This document shows, piece after piece, positions 1-8,260 of a DNA stretch of 64,000 bases; the first letter of the stretch is position 1, and every line of letters begins with the position of its first letter. Source of the DNA: Clostridia bacterium. Lineage in GTDB: Bacteria > Bacillota > Clostridia > Oscillospirales > CAG-272. The notes beneath the pieces were generated by a model. That model was not told where the DNA came from. It ran no database searches and worked only from the letters and a program-made list of their open reading frames with translations. The DNA lies in assembly GCA_017621755.1 (NCBI GenBank), contig JAGASL010000044.1, positions 66,803 through 130,802 of the forward strand, given 5' to 3'. The position numbers and the translations under genes were made by a program.

Positions 1-696
1 GAAAAGCCCTATGGCGACGTGGTGCGCGGTGAGGATAAGTCGCTTTTGCTGCTGAAGGGCGAGAACGATGAAGAGATCCTGCAGAAGGTAGCGGCCTTCC
101 CCTGCACGCTTTCCTCGCTTGGCCTGCGCATGAAGACCGGCCTGACGCTGCAAACGCGCCACCCCGCCCTGCTGCGTGACGTGCCGGGTGACGGTGCCGT
201 TCCGCTGATCCACCCCAACAGCATTCAGCTTGGCCAGGTTGCCTTCCCGCACCCAGCGGTCAAGAACCAGTATCTGTTGCCCGAGGTGCCCTCGCTGCTG
301 CAGAAGAACAAGAATATGCTCTTTATCAAGCGTGTGCCGGCCAAGAGCGATAAAAAGACGCTGGTCTGCGGCGTGTACCTTGCCTCTAACATTCCCTATG
401 CGCGCTTTATCAGCACGCATAACAAGCTCAACTACATAGATTTTGTAGACGATCGGGAAATGGATTTCAACATGGTATACGGCCTGTACGTGGTGCTCAA
501 CTCCACGCTTTACGGCAAGTATTACCAGATCCTTTCCAAATCCAAGCAGATCAACACCTCTGAGTTTGCCGATATGCCTATGCCCTCGGCTAATGCGCTG
601 CGCGCCATGGGTGCAAAGCTGATCATGTCGCGCATTTTCAGCGAAAAGAACTGCGATGCGCTGCTTAACGCGCAAATTAAGAGCGGAAATCTGTAA
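1..696 (+). CDS. 3' part of a DNA methyltransferase-like gene (C-terminal target-recognition-type domain); the 5' end lies outside the window
   Basis: Frame 1 is open from nt 1 (EKPYGDVVRGEDK...) to TAA at 694-696, so the ORF-track Met at 19 is not the true start. The sequence (NMLFIKRV...LVCGVY...NKLNYI...LNSTLYGKYYQ) resembles the C-terminal specificity region of Eco57I/TaqI-type N6-adenine methylases as I remember them. No catalytic motif lies inside the window. Confidence 0.4.
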   Translation, partial: EKPYGDVVRGEDKSLLLLKGENDEEILQKVAAFPCTLSSLGLRMKTGLTLQTRHPALLRDVPGDGAVPLIHPNSIQLGQVAFPHPAVKNQYLLPEVPSLLQKNKNMLFIKRVPAKSDKKTLVCGVYLASNIPYARFISTHNKLNYIDFVDDREMDFNMVYGLYVVLNSTLYGKYYQILSKSKQINTSEFADMPMPSANALRAMGAKLIMSRIFSEKNCDALLNAQIKSGNL

Positions 697-723
697 TTCT
701 GTAAAAAAATATAAAAATACCTC

Positions 724-752
724 TTGCAATTGTATAAAAGATGTGGTATAAT
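724..752 (+). promoter_or_regulatory. sigma-A type promoter upstream of secG
   Basis: TTGCAA (724-729), 17-nt spacer, TATAAT (747-752), with a TGtGG extended -10 context. Confidence 0.6.
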
Positions 753-853
753 ACTCATATCGCAAGTCTCGGCACCCCTATGCCCATAGGGCGCTGCCGT
801 GTACATAAGCAAATGAGGAAGGAATTTTTCCGAAGAGGAAAGTGGTTTTCACG

Positions 854-1207
854 ATGGACACTGTTGTTTTTGTTATTGAGATTTTGTTGCTTGTATTCGG
901 CGTATTTCTGGTTGCTGCTGTTTTGATGCAGCAGGGTAAGGCACACGGTCTTTCCGGTGCGATTGCCGGCGGCGCTGAGACCTTTTTCGGTAAGGAAAAG
1001 GGTAATGATATGAATAAGTGGCTGTCTATGGGTACAACGATCATTGGTATTGTGTTTGTGCTGGCCGTTCTGGTTCTGTACATCATGATGCCGGATGCAA
1101 AGTTCTCGAACGCTTACTCGGCTGATAACTGGTCGATCTCTCCCTTCCAAAGCACCGAGGTTTCCTCGCTGCAGAAGGTTGAAAGCTCCACCGAGAGTGC
1201 TGAATAA
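854..1207 (+). CDS. secG: preprotein translocase subunit SecG
   Basis: Two TM helices flank the LSGAIAGGAETFFGKEKG motif, and the conserved secG-rnr order is present. ATG 854 was chosen over GTG 842. There is an unusual ~40-aa Ser/acidic C-terminal tail. Confidence 0.8.
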   Translation: MDTVVFVIEILLLVFGVFLVAAVLMQQGKAHGLSGAIAGGAETFFGKEKGNDMNKWLSMGTTIIGIVFVLAVLVLYIMMPDAKFSNAYSADNWSISPFQSTEVSSLQKVESSTESAE

Positions 1208-1213
1208 TCAAAG

Positions 1214-1246
1214 AAAAGCCGACGTTGACCGTCGGCTTTTCTTTTG
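1214..1246 (+). terminator. intrinsic terminator after secG
   Basis: Hairpin AGCCGACG / CGTCGGCT with a short loop, followed by TTTCTTTTG. Confidence 0.7.
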
Positions 1247-1276
1247 CCTGTATAAATGATGTAAAAAGGGAAAAAG

Positions 1277-3442
1277 ATGAAGCAATACGGAAAAAACAAG
1301 AAAAAGCTGTTGAAAAAGATAGGCCGCCGGCAAGAGGAGAAAAAACGCGCCCGCCGCGCCTATCCGCCGGCAGAGGTAGAGCTGCTTGGCGTAGAGGATT
1401 GCCGTACCCCGGCAGAAAAAAAGAAATTTGCCCGCGCGGCGGCGCTGGCGCGCCATGCGGGCGGGCAGCATAGTCGCCCGGCAACCAAAAAACAGATCGT
1501 GGAAGGGGTCTTTCACGGCACCAGCCGTGGCTTTGGCTTCGTAACGCCGGAGGGGCAGGGTGATGATCGGGCGCGGGATATCTTTATCCCTGCCGCCGCT
1601 ACCGGCGGCGCGCTGGATGGCGACCGCGTGCGCGTGCGCTACCATGCCTATACCTCCTATCGCACCGGCGAGGCAGAGGAAAAGACCGAGGGCGAGGTGC
1701 TGACCGTGCTTTCTGCCACGCACCGCACCGTGATCGGCACACTGATGCGTGGCGAGGGCGGCTATGGCCGCCGTGCCTACGCCTTTTGGTACCTGCAGCC
1801 GGATGATAGCCGCCTACCGGATGAGATCACGCTGCCCGGCCCCGGCCAGGCACGCGAGGGGGATAAGGTAGAGGTAGAGCTGGAAAAGAATAGCACCCGC
1901 GGCCTGCGTGGTCGCGTGGTGCGCGTGTTTGGCCCGGCCGGTGACCGCGCCGCCAATTATGAGGCGGTGCTGGCCGCACAGGAGATCCGCACGGTGTTCC
2001 CGGCCGCCGTGGTGGCCGAGGCAGAGGAAAAGGCCGCCCGCCCACTTTCTGCCGAGGGGCGTGTGCGGCGGGAGCACGAGGTGATCTTCACCATCGATGG
2101 TGCCGGCGCCAAGGATTTAGACGATGCCGTTTCGCTGCGCCGCCTGCCGCATGGCGGCTGGCAGCTGGGCGTGCACATTGCCGACGTGAGCGAATACGTG
2201 ACCCCCGGCTCGGCCTTGGACAGTGAGGCTATGCTGCGTGGCACCAGTATTTATTTTATTGATAAGGTGGTGCCCATGCTGCCCGAGGCGCTTTCAAACG
2301 GCGCCTGCTCGCTCAACGCGGGAGAGGATAAATATGCCCTTTCCGCTGTGATGACGCTGGATGAGGGCGGCGTGATCCGCTCGACCCAGGTCACACGGTC
2401 GATCATCCGTTCTCGCGTGCGTGGCGTTTATGAGGAGGTGAACGACCTCTTTGAAAAGGGAAAAGCATCCTCCTATGCCAAGAAGTATGCCCCGGTGCAG
2501 GCCAGCCTGGACCGCATGCGGGAGCTGTACCGGGCGTTAGAAAAGCGCAACCGCGCCCGTGGCGCCCTATCACTTGAGCGGCCAGAGCCGGTGATCCTGC
2601 TTGACGAGCACGGCGAGCCTGCCGAGATCGTAAGCCGCGAACGGGGCGAGGCTGAGCGAATGATCGAGCAGTTTATGCTAACGGCAAACGAGGGGGTTGC
2701 CACCCTGATGCAGGGCAAGGGCTACCCCTGCGTGTACCGCGTGCATGATAAGCCTGAGGCGGGGCGGCTTGCGGATTTTGTGCTCTACGCGCACAACCTA
2801 GGCTTAGATACCCGCCCCCTGCAGAAGGAAAAGGAGCAGCTTTCCGGCCTTGATTTTGCCGCCGTGTTAGACGAGGCAAGTGAAAAGGGCATTGCGGGCG
2901 CCGTCTCCTACACCCTGCTGCGCACCATGGCCAAGGCAGAATACAGTGAAAAGCCTACCGGCCATTTTGGCCTTGGTATTCGGCTGTATAGCCACTTTAC
3001 CTCCCCCATCCGCCGTCTCTCAGATCTGGCCACGCATCGCATGGTCAAGGCCGTGCTGCTGGATGGCGAGGCGGGTGGCCGCTATGCCTCCTACGCCCAT
3101 CGCGCGGCCGAGGCAGCCACCGAGGGCGAGCTGCGCGCCTTAGAGGCAGAGCGCGAGATCGAGGCGCTGTATAAGACCCTGTATATGCGCCGGCACGAGG
3201 GGGAATGCTTTGATGCGCAGATCTCCTCGATCACCTCCTTTGGCCTGTTTGCCGAGCTGGAAAACACCTGCGAGGGGCTGCTTCCGCTGGCGGCGTTGCC
3301 GGGCAGCTTCTTCTTTGATGAAAAGAATCTATCCCTGCGCTCGTCAGATACGGTTCTTCGCATTGGTGACCGTATTCGCATTCGCGTAGCAGAGGCAGAC
3401 GTGCCTACGCGCCGCGTGCGCTTTACGTGGGAAAATATGTAA
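1277..3442 (+). CDS. rnr: ribonuclease R
   Basis: Cold-shock-like OB (SRGFGFVTPE), RNB core (FTIDGAGAKDLDDAVS...IYFIDKVVPMLPE) and a C-terminal S1 domain (ITSFGLFAEL). It follows secG. It has a Lys/Arg-rich N-terminal ~75 aa and no basic C-terminal tail. Confidence 0.9.
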   Translation: MKQYGKNKKKLLKKIGRRQEEKKRARRAYPPAEVELLGVEDCRTPAEKKKFARAAALARHAGGQHSRPATKKQIVEGVFHGTSRGFGFVTPEGQGDDRARDIFIPAAATGGALDGDRVRVRYHAYTSYRTGEAEEKTEGEVLTVLSATHRTVIGTLMRGEGGYGRRAYAFWYLQPDDSRLPDEITLPGPGQAREGDKVEVELEKNSTRGLRGRVVRVFGPAGDRAANYEAVLAAQEIRTVFPAAVVAEAEEKAARPLSAEGRVRREHEVIFTIDGAGAKDLDDAVSLRRLPHGGWQLGVHIADVSEYVTPGSALDSEAMLRGTSIYFIDKVVPMLPEALSNGACSLNAGEDKYALSAVMTLDEGGVIRSTQVTRSIIRSRVRGVYEEVNDLFEKGKASSYAKKYAPVQASLDRMRELYRALEKRNRARGALSLERPEPVILLDEHGEPAEIVSRERGEAERMIEQFMLTANEGVATLMQGKGYPCVYRVHDKPEAGRLADFVLYAHNLGLDTRPLQKEKEQLSGLDFAAVLDEASEKGIAGAVSYTLLRTMAKAEYSEKPTGHFGLGIRLYSHFTSPIRRLSDLATHRMVKAVLLDGEAGGRYASYAHRAAEAATEGELRALEAEREIEALYKTLYMRRHEGECFDAQISSITSFGLFAELENTCEGLLPLAALPGSFFFDEKNLSLRSSDTVLRIGDRIRIRVAEADVPTRRVRFTWENM

Positions 3443-3447
3443 AACGG

Positions 3448-3476
3448 TTGCTTTTTCAGATGCGTTGTGCTATACT
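3448..3476 (+). promoter_or_regulatory. sigma-A type promoter
   Basis: TTGCTT, 17-nt spacer, TATACT. Confidence 0.5.
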
Positions 3477-3512
3477 GAAGCAAAGCGCCCTGCGCAAAAA
3501 AAGGAGGAGCCT

Positions 3513-4277
3513 ATGCAGAAATTAAATAAGATTGGTGTACAGCTGTACACCATTCGCGACTTTATGAAGAATGAAGAGGATATCAAGGTCAGCTTTGAAA
3601 AGCTGAAGAAGCTTGGTTATGACGAGGTACAGACCGCCGGCTGTGCTGTGCCGTATGACGTGTTTGGCCGTCTGGCGCGTGAGGCGGGCCTTACCATTGT
3701 TGGCACGCACGATAATTTTGACAAAATGTATAGTGAGACCGAGCTGATGATGGATAACCACGATCTGCTTGGCACTAAGATCATGGGTATTGGCGGCTGC
3801 TTTAAGCAAACGGCCGAGGAATACGCAGAATTTATTGCCCGCGTGAACGAGCTGGCCAAGCGGATCCGTGCGCGCGGCTTCCGCTTCACCTATCATAACC
3901 ACAGCCACGAGTTCCGCCGTGTGGGCGGCAAGCTGATCATGGACATGCTGTTAGAGGGTATGGATCCGGAAAACACCGGCTTCGTGCTGGATACCTATTG
4001 GGTACAGCACGGTGGTGGCGACGTGCGCGCGTGGATCGAAAAGTGCAAGGGCCGCGTAGACATTCTGCACCTTAAGGATATGGCCAAAAGCGAAACGAAC
4101 GAGCCGCCACAATTCATCACCGAGATCGGCAACGGCAACCTGTATTGGCAGGGCATTATCGAGACTGCGATCAATACGGGGGTCAAGCACTTTGTGGTAG
4201 AGCAGGATACCTGCCCGGGCGACCCGTTTGAAAGCCTGAAGCAGAGCAGCGACTATCTGCACGCGAATTTCTTTTAA
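3513..4277 (+). CDS. sugar phosphate isomerase/epimerase (xylose isomerase-like TIM barrel)
   Basis: IGVQLYTIRDF...HNHSHEF...LHLKD...VVEQD pattern of the AP-endonuclease-2/xylose-isomerase-like fold. An AGGAGG RBS lies just upstream of ATG 3513. Confidence 0.75.
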   Translation: MQKLNKIGVQLYTIRDFMKNEEDIKVSFEKLKKLGYDEVQTAGCAVPYDVFGRLAREAGLTIVGTHDNFDKMYSETELMMDNHDLLGTKIMGIGGCFKQTAEEYAEFIARVNELAKRIRARGFRFTYHNHSHEFRRVGGKLIMDMLLEGMDPENTGFVLDTYWVQHGGGDVRAWIEKCKGRVDILHLKDMAKSETNEPPQFITEIGNGNLYWQGIIETAINTGVKHFVVEQDTCPGDPFESLKQSSDYLHANFF

Positions 4278-4283
4278 TATAAC

Positions 4284-4316
4284 GGGGTGCCTTTTGAAGG
4301 GCACCCCCACGTTTTT
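4284..4316 (+). terminator. intrinsic terminator
   Basis: GGGGTGCC / GGCACCCC stem followed by a T-run. Confidence 0.65.
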
Positions 4317-4337
4317 AACGTGATAGGAGGTGTTGCT

Positions 4338-4829
4338 ATGAGAGGGGAGACCGTGCTTCACCCCATCCCGCCGGAGGCGGATGGGCAGGCGAAGATTTTG
4401 ATACTTGGCAGCTTTCCGTCTGTTGCCTCGCGTGAAACGGCCTATTTCTACGGCCACCCGCAAAACCGCTTTTGGCGCGTGCTGGCGGCGGTGTATGGGG
4501 AAGCCGTGCCAAAAACGGTAGCCGAGAAAAAGGCGCTTTTGCACCGCCGCCATATTGCCTTGTGGGATGTGATCGGTTCCTGCCGCATCGTTGGCAGTGC
4601 CGATAGCAGCATCAGCGAGGTGCGGGCAAATGACCTGCGCCCCCTGCTGGCAGAAAACCCCATCGGCGCGATCTATGTTAACGGCAAAACGGCAGAGCGC
4701 TATTATAAAAGGCTGATCGAGCCGGTGATCGGTCGCCCGGCCGTCTGCCTGCCCTCAACCAGCCCGGCCAATGCTGCCTGCTCGCTTCAGGCGCTGGTTG
4801 CTGCCTGGTGTGCGATCGCCGCGCAATAG
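4338..4829 (+). CDS. uracil-DNA glycosylase superfamily protein, DNA-deoxyinosine glycosylase-like
   Basis: ILILGSFPSVASRETAYFYGHPQNRFWRVL and a C-terminal LPSTSPAN motif. AGGAGG lies 7 nt upstream of ATG 4338. Confidence 0.7.
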   Translation: MRGETVLHPIPPEADGQAKILILGSFPSVASRETAYFYGHPQNRFWRVLAAVYGEAVPKTVAEKKALLHRRHIALWDVIGSCRIVGSADSSISEVRANDLRPLLAENPIGAIYVNGKTAERYYKRLIEPVIGRPAVCLPSTSPANAACSLQALVAAWCAIAAQ

Positions 4830-4881
4830 CCGGTGTCTTTTTTCCAAGAATGGTTTTTTATTTCTTAATAGGAAAGCTTGG

Positions 4882-4910
4882 TTGACATTTGTTTGGTTAC
4901 ATGATAAAAT
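4882..4910 (+). promoter_or_regulatory. sigma-A type promoter of the large surface-protein gene
   Basis: TTGACA, 17-nt spacer, TAAAAT. Confidence 0.6.
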
Positions 4911-4944
4911 AAGAGAGTAGACAAATTTTTTGTGAGGTAATACC

Positions 4945-7900
4945 ATGAAAACACGTATTCTTGCCGTATGCTTAGCGGCACTGATGCTGCTTCTTTCGGT
5001 GCCTATGCTGGCTATGCCGGCCGCCGCTGAAGAAGCCCCAACCTCGATCGACGATTATATTGCCTTGGCCATGGCCTTAGAGCCGGCAAGCGAGTACCAG
5101 CGCGCCGTGCGTGGCGATATGCTGGTGGAATACGCCACGGTGAAGGAGGAGATCGCTTCCATGACTGCCGAGATGCAGCAGGAGGTGGTCGCCACCATGG
5201 CAGAAACGCATGCAGCTTATATGTATGATTATAAGTACGGCGAGATCGAAAGCACGCCCTTCGTTATGACCATTGCGTTCTTGTCTGATACGCATATCTC
5301 CAATAGCGATAATACCGGCAATTTTAAGGCCGCGCTGGATGATATTCGAGACTATAATCCCGATACGGCTGGTGTTTTTGTGCTGGGTGACTTGTCTGAT
5401 AACGGCATGTCCCTCGACACCCCCGCCGATAACGAGCTGGATAATTACTATCAGTTTGTAAAGAATTATGACTACAAAAACAGCCAGGGCGAGCCGATTC
5501 CGATCACCAGCGTTCTCGGCAACCATGATGTGCGCGGCTCGTGGGTGAAAAAGTACCCCAAGGGCTCCTACGAGGCGGCCGTGCCCTTCTATATGGAGCA
5601 GGAGGGTGTAGATACCCTGTGCTTTGATAAGTGGATCAACGGCTACCATTTTATCATGCTCAACCCTTGCCGCCAGGCACCCGACGATTGCTATCTGACA
5701 CCGGAAAACCTGGTCTGGCTGGATGAAACGCTTTCTGAGAATGAGGATGGCCGCCCCATCTTCGTGCTGGTGCACCAGTACGCCGCCCGCGTGCTCGTAG
5801 ACGGTGAATCGCCCGATACCTTTGAGGACGTGATCGCCCGCCACCCCTCTGCCGTTGTCAGCTCCGGCCACGGCCATTACGGCTTTACCAGCGCCTTTGT
5901 CTATCAGGAGGGTAAGGGGCATTACGTAAACCAGCCCGCCATGGTTGGTAACACCGGTGAATATTCCCGCTCCGGCTTCTACATTGTAGACGTGTATGAG
6001 GGCGGCGCCATCTTCCGTGCGCGCGAGCTGGGGAACGATAACTGGGTGCCCGAGGCCGACGTGGTCATTCCCAACGAGGGCGGCTATAAGCACGAGGGTG
6101 TTTCCTCTTACGCCTTCTATGATGAAAACGGTGCCACGGTAGCCAGCGGCACGGTGGCAGACGGCAGCACGCTGACCGCGCCCAATCCCCCTGTCAAGGC
6201 GGCAGACGGGCAGTATACCTATACCTTTGCCGGTTGGGATATAGACGGTGATGGCCAGGCAGACAGCCTGCCCGCTACGCTGAACGACAATCTCAGCGCC
6301 ACGGCCGTATATACCGCCGCCGACCAGCAGTATACCTATGTTTTCTATGATGCAGACGGCACTACCGAGCTGCGTAATAAGACTGACGCCTACGGCAATG
6401 CCGTTCGTGCCCCCGGTGTGCAGAACCTGTTAGGCTGGGATCTGGATGGTGACGGCGCCGCTGAGGCGCTGCCCGAGCGAGTGGCAGGAGACTTTACAGC
6501 GGTAGCACTTTTGAAGGATGCCGCTAAAAAGACATATACCTTTACCGATGAGAATGGCGATATGATCCAAAAGGGCCAGGCCGGTGCCGGCGAGGAGATC
6601 GTTGCTCCCACAGCGGCAGAGCTGGCAGCGCATCAGCCGGGCGACTACTTTGTCGGCTGGGATCTGGATGATGACGGCAGCGCAGACGAGCTGCCCACCA
6701 CCATCACCGCTGATTTGACCGCTGTTGCCATTTACCGCAAGACCTCTGCGGTTGCTCAGTTCTGGAACGGTACCACGGATGCGATCTCCTACTACCTGAA
6801 CATACAGAGTGGGCGTACGATCCTGAGCGCCAAGGATACCGCCTATGCCGCCTCGCCCACCGGCCACGCCATTCAGGTGAACTGGGATGGGCAGAAGGAG
6901 TATACCTACACAGCTCTGATGCAGCTGGATATGCCGTTGTTAGAGGAGGCGCCCACCGGCTACGCCATCTGGATCGATGCGCCGGGCGCCAAGGGCGGCT
7001 ACAGCTTCCACCTTTATAAGGGTAGCAAATTCTCGCACCAGAGTGGTGACGGCATCAAGGGTGACGTATACCTGGTTAACGCCAAAGGGACAGTCACTAA
7101 GGTTCCTCTGAACGGTACGGTTATTTTGCCGGCAGCCTTCCAGGGCTGGCTGGTTATTCCGAATAGCACCTTTGGTCGCTTCCAGAAATCGGCAGAGAAG
7201 GACGTTTTGAAGCTGATGATCGGCCGCAGCAACAGCGGCACCGAGCTGCAAAAGGAATTTTTCCTTGGCGCCGGTCTCTCCTTCACCTGCACGGTGGATG
7301 AAATGACCGAGATGCTGAAGAACGGTCTTTCTACCTTCTATGCGGCAGATGGCAGCATGATCGCCGCCAACTATGCCGAGGGTGGAAAGCTGGTCGTTCC
7401 CCCCGTAGAGGAGACCTATACCGATGAAAAGGGCACCTACACCTTTGCCGGTTGGGATCTGAATGGGGATGGCCTGGCAGACGAGCTGCCCGCAGGTGGC
7501 GCCGTGATCGCGCGCGCGGCCTACGAGCTGACCCCTGCCAAGTACACCTATCGCTTTGCCGATGCCGAAAGCGGATACGTCTATTATGAAAAGACGGCCG
7601 ATTACGGCACGATCATTCTTCCGCCTCCTACCACGGTTGAGGATGCTACCGGCACCCACACGATCAAGACCCTGCTCGATTACGAAAAGGGCGTGCTGCT
7701 GACCGGGGATATGACCTTTAAGGTAGAGGCCGAGACGGATGGCGCTGGCCTGTATACGGTGAAATTCGTGGCAGATGGCAACACCGTTTCCGAGCTGCAG
7801 CTGGCAGCCGGCGCTGCCATTACGGCACCCGCCGTTCCCACAAAGGAGGGCTACACCGGCAAGTGGGAAGGGTACACCGAGGGCATGACCGCCACCGGCA

Positions 7901-8052
7901 ACCAAACCTTTACCGCCGTGTATACGGCCAATGGCGAAGCAGCCGGCGGCTGCGGCTCCTCGCTTGACGGGGCTGCCTGCGCGCTGATGCTGCTGGCCGT
8001 GCTTGCCATCGGTGCCTGCTGCCGCAAGCGCCGCGCCGCACGCAAAAGATAA
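4945..8052 (+). CDS. secreted, membrane-anchored metallophosphoesterase with Listeria/Bacteroides-type repeat modules
   Basis: Signal peptide (MKTRILAVCLAALMLLLSVPMLAMPAAA). Calcineurin-like phosphoesterase motifs (FLSDTHIS, GDLSDNG, GNHD, VLVHQY, GHGH). At least 6 modules of ~70 aa, 4 of which carry Y.F.GWD(L/I)(D/N)GDG.AD.LP. C-terminal GGCGSS + TM + RKRRAARKR tail. Confidence 0.75.
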   Translation: MKTRILAVCLAALMLLLSVPMLAMPAAAEEAPTSIDDYIALAMALEPASEYQRAVRGDMLVEYATVKEEIASMTAEMQQEVVATMAETHAAYMYDYKYGEIESTPFVMTIAFLSDTHISNSDNTGNFKAALDDIRDYNPDTAGVFVLGDLSDNGMSLDTPADNELDNYYQFVKNYDYKNSQGEPIPITSVLGNHDVRGSWVKKYPKGSYEAAVPFYMEQEGVDTLCFDKWINGYHFIMLNPCRQAPDDCYLTPENLVWLDETLSENEDGRPIFVLVHQYAARVLVDGESPDTFEDVIARHPSAVVSSGHGHYGFTSAFVYQEGKGHYVNQPAMVGNTGEYSRSGFYIVDVYEGGAIFRARELGNDNWVPEADVVIPNEGGYKHEGVSSYAFYDENGATVASGTVADGSTLTAPNPPVKAADGQYTYTFAGWDIDGDGQADSLPATLNDNLSATAVYTAADQQYTYVFYDADGTTELRNKTDAYGNAVRAPGVQNLLGWDLDGDGAAEALPERVAGDFTAVALLKDAAKKTYTFTDENGDMIQKGQAGAGEEIVAPTAAELAAHQPGDYFVGWDLDDDGSADELPTTITADLTAVAIYRKTSAVAQFWNGTTDAISYYLNIQSGRTILSAKDTAYAASPTGHAIQVNWDGQKEYTYTALMQLDMPLLEEAPTGYAIWIDAPGAKGGYSFHLYKGSKFSHQSGDGIKGDVYLVNAKGTVTKVPLNGTVILPAAFQGWLVIPNSTFGRFQKSAEKDVLKLMIGRSNSGTELQKEFFLGAGLSFTCTVDEMTEMLKNGLSTFYAADGSMIAANYAEGGKLVVPPVEETYTDEKGTYTFAGWDLNGDGLADELPAGGAVIARAAYELTPAKYTYRFADAESGYVYYEKTADYGTIILPPPTTVEDATGTHTIKTLLDYEKGVLLTGDMTFKVEAETDGAGLYTVKFVADGNTVSELQLAAGAAITAPAVPTKEGYTGKWEGYTEGMTATGNQTFTAVYTANGEAAGGCGSSLDGAACALMLLAVLAIGACCRKRRAARKR

Positions 8053-8055
8053 ATA

Positions 8056-8095
8056 ACAAATATCCCCCCGTTACACGGGGGGATATTTGTTTTGC
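8056..8095 (+). terminator. intrinsic terminator
   Basis: ACAAATATCCCCCCG / CGGGGGGATATTTGT stem followed by TTTTG. Confidence 0.85.
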
Positions 8096-8144
8096 ATAAT
8101 GTGATGCTATGCACAATTTATATATCTTTGCGCACCATGCGGCA

Positions 8145-8174
8145 TTGACAGTGCCTGGTGGAATATGGTATACT
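8145..8174 (+). promoter_or_regulatory. sigma-A type promoter
   Basis: TTGACA, 18-nt spacer, TATACT with a TGG extended -10. Confidence 0.55.
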
Positions 8175-8260
8175 ATAGACACAAGTATATATTGCGATGC
8201 GTGCTATGCCGAAATATCTATGTATTTATATGAATATTGCTAAAGGAGGAGAACAGCATC

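Noticed and set aside
5077-7905. 338-aa and 321-aa minus-strand ORFs inside the surface-protein gene; likewise 45493-46689 opposite typA, 35661-36485 opposite the TIM-barrel gene, and the Arg/Pro-rich ORFs opposite spoIIIA (28723-30310)
   Set aside because: All are antisense to well-supported genes and have high-GC shadow-frame composition. None has independent support.
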